Origin: Candidatus Heimdallarchaeota archaeon
GTDB lineage: Archaea > Asgardarchaeota > Heimdallarchaeia > Hodarchaeales > Hodarchaeaceae
Assembly (NCBI GenBank): GCA_020353515.1
Contig: CP070695.1
Span: 3,552,050-3,616,049, forward strand
DNA: 64,000 nucleotides
Direction: 5' to 3'
Positions within the stretch are counted from its first letter, which is position 1. The number at the start of each line of letters is the position of its first letter. A program made the translations under genes and the position numbers. The notes under the pieces are model-generated. The model was given only the letters and a program-made list of their open reading frames with translations. It did no database searches and had not been told where the DNA came from. Positions 57,885 to 64,000 of this stretch are shown here, one piece after another.

Positions 57885-58129
57885 ACAACCAACTCGAACT
57901 AAAGATTTATTTTTTAAACAGATAGGAAGATTACTAGGAATAGGAAGATCGGGTTAGGAGTGTGATTCCACTAACACAAACCAAGTTATTTATTTACCTT
58001 TAACCTATAAAAAAAATTTAGATATGTGCAATTTTTGCAGTAGTCACTTTATTGTAATCAAATAACGAAGTGATCTGAGTTTTAAGGTTAAAGAAATATA
58101 TTCACAATTTTATACCACAACGGTTTGTT

Positions 58130-59542
58130 ATGAGTAATTCTAAACACAGTTATGATGTTATTATCGTAGGAGCAGGCCCAGCAGGGATTTTTACAGCCTT
58201 ATTTTTGGTTCGATTTGCGATAAAAAAGAAACAACAGCCAAAAATACTACTTATTGAAAAAGGAACAAGTATTCAGGAGAGAATCAGAAATCGAGAAAAA
58301 GGTGACAAAGATATCTTGCATGGATGGGGTGGAGCGGGTGCATTTTCTGATGGAAAGTTAACCCTTTCTGTCGATGTTGGGGGGTCATTATCACGTTACA
58401 TTCCGATTAATCAACTGGAGAATGATCTTAAAAAAGTCGAAGAAATTTACATTGAATTTGGAGCGGATAAATCTCGATTGTTGTCAGGAACAAGCGAAGA
58501 AACAAACAAAATTCGAAAACAAGCTCTCCAGTATGGTATCCACCTCCTCCCTTATCGTCTTCTGCACATAGGAACAGATAATTCTGTTAAGATACTTGAA
58601 TCCTTTTATCAATACTTAAAAGATCAATCCAATGTAACAATACACTTTGGAGAAACAACTACTCATATTTTAACCGAGAAAAATCAAGTTATCGGTGTCC
58701 AGACTGACCAACAGAAGTATTATTCTAAAAATATCACAATGGGAGTTGGAAGAGCTGGAGCACACTGGCTACGAAAAGAAGCTGAAAGACTAGGGCTCGA
58801 ATTCCAAACGAATCCTGTTGATATTGGAGTAAGAGTAGAAGTTCCTGCTGAAATTACTTCACATCTAACAGATTTATTGTATGAATTCAAATGCCACTTT
58901 TATGCTCCTACATTTGATCAGGATTGTAGAACTTTTTGTGTGGTACCAAATGGAGAAGTTGTACGAGAAATTGCGTATGGGGAAGATGGGGAACAATGGG
59001 TTACGGTAAATGGGCATGCTTATGCAGCCAAAGATCGCCAGACTACAAATACAAATTTTGCCATACTTGTTAGTAGTAGTTTTACAGAACCTTTTGATGA
59101 TCCTATTGCCTTTGGTCGCTCTGTTTGTAAGTTAGCTAATCTTCTTAGTAATGGTGAGGTTATTATTCAACGCTTAACAGATTTAAAGAGAGGAAGGCGA
59201 TCTACTCCGTCACGAATAACGCGATCAATAATATCACCTACTTTAAAAAGTGCGGTTCCAGGAGATCTCTCCTTTGTCCTTCCTTATCGGCACTTAACGA
59301 GTATTTTGGAAATGATTAAGGCTTTAGATAATATAATTCCTGGTATCGATTCAAATAATACGTTTTTATATGGGATTGAAACAAAATATTATTCTAATCA
59401 ACTTCGACTAACTAATGAACTGGAAACAAAGATCTATGGATTATTTGCAATGGGAGATGGAGCTGGTGTAACACGATCTTTAGCTCATGCCTCTCTCAGT
59501 GGAATCATCGTTGCCAGGGCTATTACTTCACGATTAAAATAG
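58130..59542 (+). CDS. FAD-dependent oxidoreductase (COG2509-like)
   Basis: IVGAGPAG, GWGGAGAFSDGKL, HIGTD, VDIGVRVE, RTFC, VNGH, GDGAGVTR. Confidence 0.9.
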   Translation: MSNSKHSYDVIIVGAGPAGIFTALFLVRFAIKKKQQPKILLIEKGTSIQERIRNREKGDKDILHGWGGAGAFSDGKLTLSVDVGGSLSRYIPINQLENDLKKVEEIYIEFGADKSRLLSGTSEETNKIRKQALQYGIHLLPYRLLHIGTDNSVKILESFYQYLKDQSNVTIHFGETTTHILTEKNQVIGVQTDQQKYYSKNITMGVGRAGAHWLRKEAERLGLEFQTNPVDIGVRVEVPAEITSHLTDLLYEFKCHFYAPTFDQDCRTFCVVPNGEVVREIAYGEDGEQWVTVNGHAYAAKDRQTTNTNFAILVSSSFTEPFDDPIAFGRSVCKLANLLSNGEVIIQRLTDLKRGRRSTPSRITRSIISPTLKSAVPGDLSFVLPYRHLTSILEMIKALDNIIPGIDSNNTFLYGIETKYYSNQLRLTNELETKIYGLFAMGDGAGVTRSLAHASLSGIIVARAITSRLK

Positions 59543-59576
59543 AGGTTTTAATGTCGAAATCATTATTGAACTTAAA

Positions 59577-60149
59577 CTAGATTACTTTTGAAAGTTCACC
59601 CTTAACTGAGATCTTAAATATTGACTGAACTTGGAATCCAGTTTCCTGAATTACATTTTTTACTCCTTGATATTCTATTTTCTCTCCAATCACTATTATA
59701 TCTATTATTTCAGCTCCTATTCCTTGAAGTGCCTTTATCATGCCTATTAATGTTCCTCCTGTGCTTATAATATCGTCAATAATACACACACGATCACCGC
59801 GATTAATACCACAGATATATAATGTTCCTCTTGATAAGTATTCACAGGAGAATATTGAACTTACTTGATCTGCTAGCTGATTAGGATACCAACGTGCCAT
59901 CCCAAAAGGTAATCCAGATAAAAGTGAAACAGCTGCAACCAACACAGCTCCTTTATCTTCTTCAGTAATTAGCCTGTCATAATCAGCAATCTTCATATGA
60001 TCTATTAGAGCTTTTGCTGCTTCTTCCAAGAGTTGAGATGTAGTAGCTGGTACCTGTTCTGTAAGCGGGTTGAGAATAAAATTATAATTATTTACTTTAA
60101 ATAGTGGTTTTCTATCTAAAGCGGATCTTAACACTTCATAATGATTCAT
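59577..60149 (-). CDS. Purine (adenine or hypoxanthine/guanine) phosphoribosyltransferase, archaeal type
   Basis: PRPP loop CIIDDIISTGGTL; NPLTEQVP N-terminal motif. Confidence 0.88.
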   Translation of the reverse strand: MNHYEVLRSALDRKPLFKVNNYNFILNPLTEQVPATTSQLLEEAAKALIDHMKIADYDRLITEEDKGAVLVAAVSLLSGLPFGMARWYPNQLADQVSSIFSCEYLSRGTLYICGINRGDRVCIIDDIISTGGTLIGMIKALQGIGAEIIDIIVIGEKIEYQGVKNVIQETGFQVQSIFKISVKGELSKVI

Positions 60150-60376
60150 GAGTATCCCTACTCATTTTACTAATTTTAATCTTAAGATCATTTTCCATTT
60201 TATAACATTAAGATGATACTAAACAGTAATAAAATATGAGTAAGTTGAAATCAGAGTGTTGATGACTATTGATTCCTGTATGAATAGTATAAAAAATTGT
60301 GGATTTGAACAGGTGGGACTAAACCACGAATCAAGAAGCTAAATTTAATACCATTTCAACCAAAATATGGTTACGA

Positions 60377-63300
60377 ATGAACTTAGCGTTTAGTTTGGCT
60401 CGAAAAAATATTATCCGCTCAAAATATCGGTCTATCCTAATCGTTTTTGGTATATTACTCACCATTGCTCTAGAAACAGGGATTGTTATCACTATAGATA
60501 CTTTATATGACGATTTCATTCTCGATAATCGGAATAACAATTATACAGATATCACAGTGATCCCGATCACAAAATGGACAAACATTACAAATCTAAGAAA
60601 AATTGCAAAAGACGTCGAGTCAGTCCACGGAATAACTCAAGCCAGTCCTGTATATTCTCTTCAGAATAAGGGGATTCTACAGGTTGCATTTTCTGATTCA
60701 AAGATATTAATTTATGGTATTGATTCAAATTCACATCCAGATTTCTCTTCTTTAAACGTTACTGATGGTAAGAGATTGGTTAAAGGAAATACAATAATTG
60801 TGTCAAAAAATATTCTGAGGATGACTGGATTAAAAGTTGGGGAGAGTGTAGTAACGGAGTATTCTCCAACCACTGGATTTGAGGTTAATTTTACTATAGG
60901 TGGCGTAATATCTGATTTCAGCTTTTTTGGAAATAATATTGGATTTTCTTTCATTCTTGTAGACATCGAATCCTTATATGAGATTATTCCTCAAGAACAG
61001 AAAGAATTATTTCTGTCCCCTAAAATTGATGTTCAAGTGCAGAATCTTCTTGATATCAAAAAAGTCAGTGATAAGCTCAAAGATCATATGGGGACTGATT
61101 ATCATATCTGGGTTGAAAAAGGTATTTCGCAACTTAAAATCACTGGAATTAAGTCATATCAAGCCGCCATGAATGTAGTAATCCTTGCCTCATTTGTAGT
61201 TGAATTCTTATTTATTACAAATATTCTAGCAATTTCAATAAACGATCGTAGTAAGGAAATTGGAATTCTACGTGCAGTGGGCTCAGATTCTAAACAGCTG
61301 ATTGAAATTATAGCAATTGAAGTATTAATCTATTCAGTTATTGGCAGTTTCCTTGGTATAATTGGAGGGGTTGGTTTTGCTTATACTTTACTGGGGATAA
61401 TGCAGAATTTTTACCCTTCTTTAGTTATTGAAAAATTAACTTTGCATCCTACGTCTCTCTTGGCTACTTTTATTTCAGGTATAATTGTAGCAATAATCTC
61501 AGGTTTATACCCTATATTTATAGCAATATCAATGCCTATAATACAGAATATCCATTCTCGTATGCGAAGAGGGCAAAGTAAGTACTCTCAGTATTTCCCA
61601 GTTTATTGGAAGTACACAATTGGAATGGGCAGCTTGTTAGCACTCACAGGATTCATTTTGCAATTTTTTATTGGACCAAGTCAATTCTTAGCTTTTGAAG
61701 TTATTTCTATCCATTTTTTTGTCATTATTTTAGTCTTCCTGGGAACACTGTTTGTAGAAATTGGACTTGTGTTCTTTTTGCCGAGAATTGCTTTTAGGTT
61801 GTTAGTTTGGTTTGGTTTAGTTACACGTACTATTTCAATGAGAAATATTGCCCGTGAATTTCAAAAATCCTTGTTTACTATAATGACATCCACATTATCC
61901 TTGACATTCATTGTTTTAGTCGGATTGGTAAGTGCAGCTATTGTAGCAGGTGTTCCTGACTTTTTTGAAAGTCAATGGGGAGGTATTGATCTCATAGCTG
62001 AAGGCCAAGAAGGGTATTTACCCGTAATGGCTTTTTCAAATGAATTGTCCACTATTGATGGAATAGCAGAATCGTGTCTTATTCAAGAACAAAGAACGCA
62101 AATAGATAACAACATTAATTGTTATATTTTCGGTGTAAATTATTCTAAATACGAACCTTTTGCAGAAGAAGTAATTGATTCATTAATTTTTGGTGTACCT
62201 GCACATAATTGGCTTAATCAATCAGCTTATGGAACTCATAGAACACATGGAACATATACAGTCGTCTCACATCTTTTACAACAAAAGCTTCTGGTTTCAT
62301 TAGGATCAAATATCTCTGTGAGAATTGCATCTAATCTTACCGTGAATGTCACAATTGCTGCTGTAATCAAATCAAACGCTTTTTTAGAAAATGGTGAATA
62401 TCTGTATCTCCCAACAAATCGATTTCAAGAATTTTTCAATTCTACTGTTGCCAAATGGCTTCTTTGTGAGGTAAATGGTGAAATAGAGAAAGTAGTAGAT
62501 CAATTGTGGGAGTATCCCTATTTTAAAGAAATAATTAAGGTTGAATACTTTACTCAAATGATGGAGAGGAGCTTAATATTCCAATCAGTACTATTTCAAG
62601 TGTTATTCATTGAATCATTTATTCTAGCAGCTATTACTCAATTCATATGCATTTTAGTCTCCACTCTTAGAATGGAACGAGAAGTAGGGATTTTAAGAGG
62701 ATTAGGCTTACATAAAAAGGGAGTCTTGGCTATATTTTTAGCAGAATCAACAGCATTAGGAATTACCGCAGCATTTCTTGGCTTAATTGATGGGTTACTG
62801 GGATCTCTTCTTATGGGTTGGTATATTTCCCTATCAATTCCAATAAAAATTGAACTATCTTTGAACTATACCATTTTATGGATACTATTCTCGATTCTAA
62901 TTTCCCAAGTATCAGCTTTCATACCTTCTTATCGTAGTAGTAGAAGAAACATCGTAGCAGCTATTTCTGGAAGACCAATGATCAAAGAATATCGTGAATC
63001 AATAAAAATAAGAATTTTCATGAAAGAAAATTCGTCACAATTACTAGTATCTATTCTCTTCTTGCTTGGAATCGTTACCTGCATTTTTCTCTTCAATAAC
63101 TCATTAAAAATAATGGGATTATTACCCCTTGACCTAATTGTGTCAATATTTGTCTTTATCTTGGATTTAGAATTTATTACGGAATTAGATCTCTTTATTG
63201 CGATTGCAGGATTAGCTAGTATTGGTCCGCTAAGTTACTTGATCGTACATGAATCATTTCCTGATAATTTTGCTAGAGAACTAATTAAAAGTTTGATTTA

Positions 63301-63898
63301 TGGTTTAGTTGGTATCTTCATTGCTACATGTTGTTTTCTACTGATGTTATCAATCAACTTCAGTATAATAGAGTTTTTATCATTAGATATGATCATGATG
63401 GAAATAAGTGAGAAATTGGATTGGTTAGAAGGTAATATACTAATTAACCTTATTAGAGGAGCAATTATTATATCGTTTCTAGCTATTCTTTTTTTAGAGC
63501 TCATCATTTTTCATCGAATTTGGTCATTTCTTATTATTCGTGGATTTATGCCCCAAAAACCAGCGAGAGACCTTATATCGTGGATTATGAAAAAAAGTTC
63601 TAAAGGCCAATTTAGAATCTTAATGTTATTTCTTTGTCATTTAGGTGTTCAAGTATGCTTAATAGCTATAAATAGAGTCGTAACAGAAGTCTCAAATGAC
63701 CCCTATATCCTATATAAACATCCCCTGTTAACTTTACTCCATCCAATAATGTTTCTGATAACAGCTTTAATCGAAATTTGTTTCTTTTTACTCCTGATTA
63801 TTCTGCCAATTATCACCTATAAAAACCAAAATTTTGAGACATACTCTGCCGTTAAAAGAAACACCATTAATGGTTCATTCAGAACTCTTTCCTCCTGA
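60377..63898 (+). CDS. FtsX/MacB-type ABC permease (two repeats) with extra C-terminal membrane domain
   Basis: RSKEIGILRAVG and REVGILRGLG motifs, two extracellular domains, then about 290 hydrophobic residues. Confidence 0.9.
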   Translation: MNLAFSLARKNIIRSKYRSILIVFGILLTIALETGIVITIDTLYDDFILDNRNNNYTDITVIPITKWTNITNLRKIAKDVESVHGITQASPVYSLQNKGILQVAFSDSKILIYGIDSNSHPDFSSLNVTDGKRLVKGNTIIVSKNILRMTGLKVGESVVTEYSPTTGFEVNFTIGGVISDFSFFGNNIGFSFILVDIESLYEIIPQEQKELFLSPKIDVQVQNLLDIKKVSDKLKDHMGTDYHIWVEKGISQLKITGIKSYQAAMNVVILASFVVEFLFITNILAISINDRSKEIGILRAVGSDSKQLIEIIAIEVLIYSVIGSFLGIIGGVGFAYTLLGIMQNFYPSLVIEKLTLHPTSLLATFISGIIVAIISGLYPIFIAISMPIIQNIHSRMRRGQSKYSQYFPVYWKYTIGMGSLLALTGFILQFFIGPSQFLAFEVISIHFFVIILVFLGTLFVEIGLVFFLPRIAFRLLVWFGLVTRTISMRNIAREFQKSLFTIMTSTLSLTFIVLVGLVSAAIVAGVPDFFESQWGGIDLIAEGQEGYLPVMAFSNELSTIDGIAESCLIQEQRTQIDNNINCYIFGVNYSKYEPFAEEVIDSLIFGVPAHNWLNQSAYGTHRTHGTYTVVSHLLQQKLLVSLGSNISVRIASNLTVNVTIAAVIKSNAFLENGEYLYLPTNRFQEFFNSTVAKWLLCEVNGEIEKVVDQLWEYPYFKEIIKVEYFTQMMERSLIFQSVLFQVLFIESFILAAITQFICILVSTLRMEREVGILRGLGLHKKGVLAIFLAESTALGITAAFLGLIDGLLGSLLMGWYISLSIPIKIELSLNYTILWILFSILISQVSAFIPSYRSSRRNIVAAISGRPMIKEYRESIKIRIFMKENSSQLLVSILFLLGIVTCIFLFNNSLKIMGLLPLDLIVSIFVFILDLEFITELDLFIAIAGLASIGPLSYLIVHESFPDNFARELIKSLIYGLVGIFIATCCFLLMLSINFSIIEFLSLDMIMMEISEKLDWLEGNILINLIRGAIIISFLAILFLELIIFHRIWSFLIIRGFMPQKPARDLISWIMKKSSKGQFRILMLFLCHLGVQVCLIAINRVVTEVSNDPYILYKHPLLTLLHPIMFLITALIEICFFLLLIILPIITYKNQNFETYSAVKRNTINGSFRTLSS

Positions 63899-64000
63899 AA
63901 AATACTGATTATTTTAAGTAGTTTTAATTAGAAGACTAGAACAAACAATTATTAAAATGATCATTCCTATAAACGGACTTACAATATTTGTGGGATTAAT

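Noticed and set aside
842-63507. The many 60-125 aa ORFs in the track lying antisense or out of frame within long genes (e.g. 1353..1535, 7885..8154, 22264..22641, 46008..46313, 53393..53680)
   Set aside because: Shadow ORFs of well-supported genes, with no motifs.
1-64000. CRISPR arrays, tRNA/rRNA genes, transposases or integrases
   Set aside because: No regularly spaced 25-40 bp repeats, no GC-rich cloverleaf or rRNA-like stretch and no DDE/tyrosine-recombinase motifs seen by eye.

Overview
AT-rich, gene-dense archaeal chromosome segment with about 48 CDS. I found no rRNA, tRNA, CRISPR array or transposase. An archaeal-type TyrRS, a form III RuBisCO, a longin-like domain protein, several coiled-coil/winged-helix and TPR orphans and archaeal TATA-like promoters suggest an Asgard archaeon, probably Heimdallarchaeia/Hodarchaeales-like (inference, no database search). 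Content is mostly housekeeping, metabolic and transport genes: ABC-2 exporter, MalQ, LutB/LutA-like pair, CysK-like, TldDE, MMPL, CDF, PRTase. The most notable items are: (i) a three-gene operon of a non-PFL glycyl-radical enzyme, its activase and a tandem PNPOx-like protein; (ii) a double-length UvrA whose halves appear to have lost complementary domains, translationally coupled to a prenyltransferase/squalene-cyclase-fold protein; (iii) an orphan CheR methyltransferase fused to two classical C2H2-type zinc fingers; (iv) a membrane-anchored HTH regulator locus with a 21-bp-phased AGAACA-N3-TGTTCT operator array and an in-frame TAG in its last gene; (v) three small ORFs absent from the ORF track; (vi) eukaryote-reminiscent proteins (longin-wHTH, maspardin-like, METTL16/RlmF-like, 7TM). 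All calls rest on motif recognition by eye.
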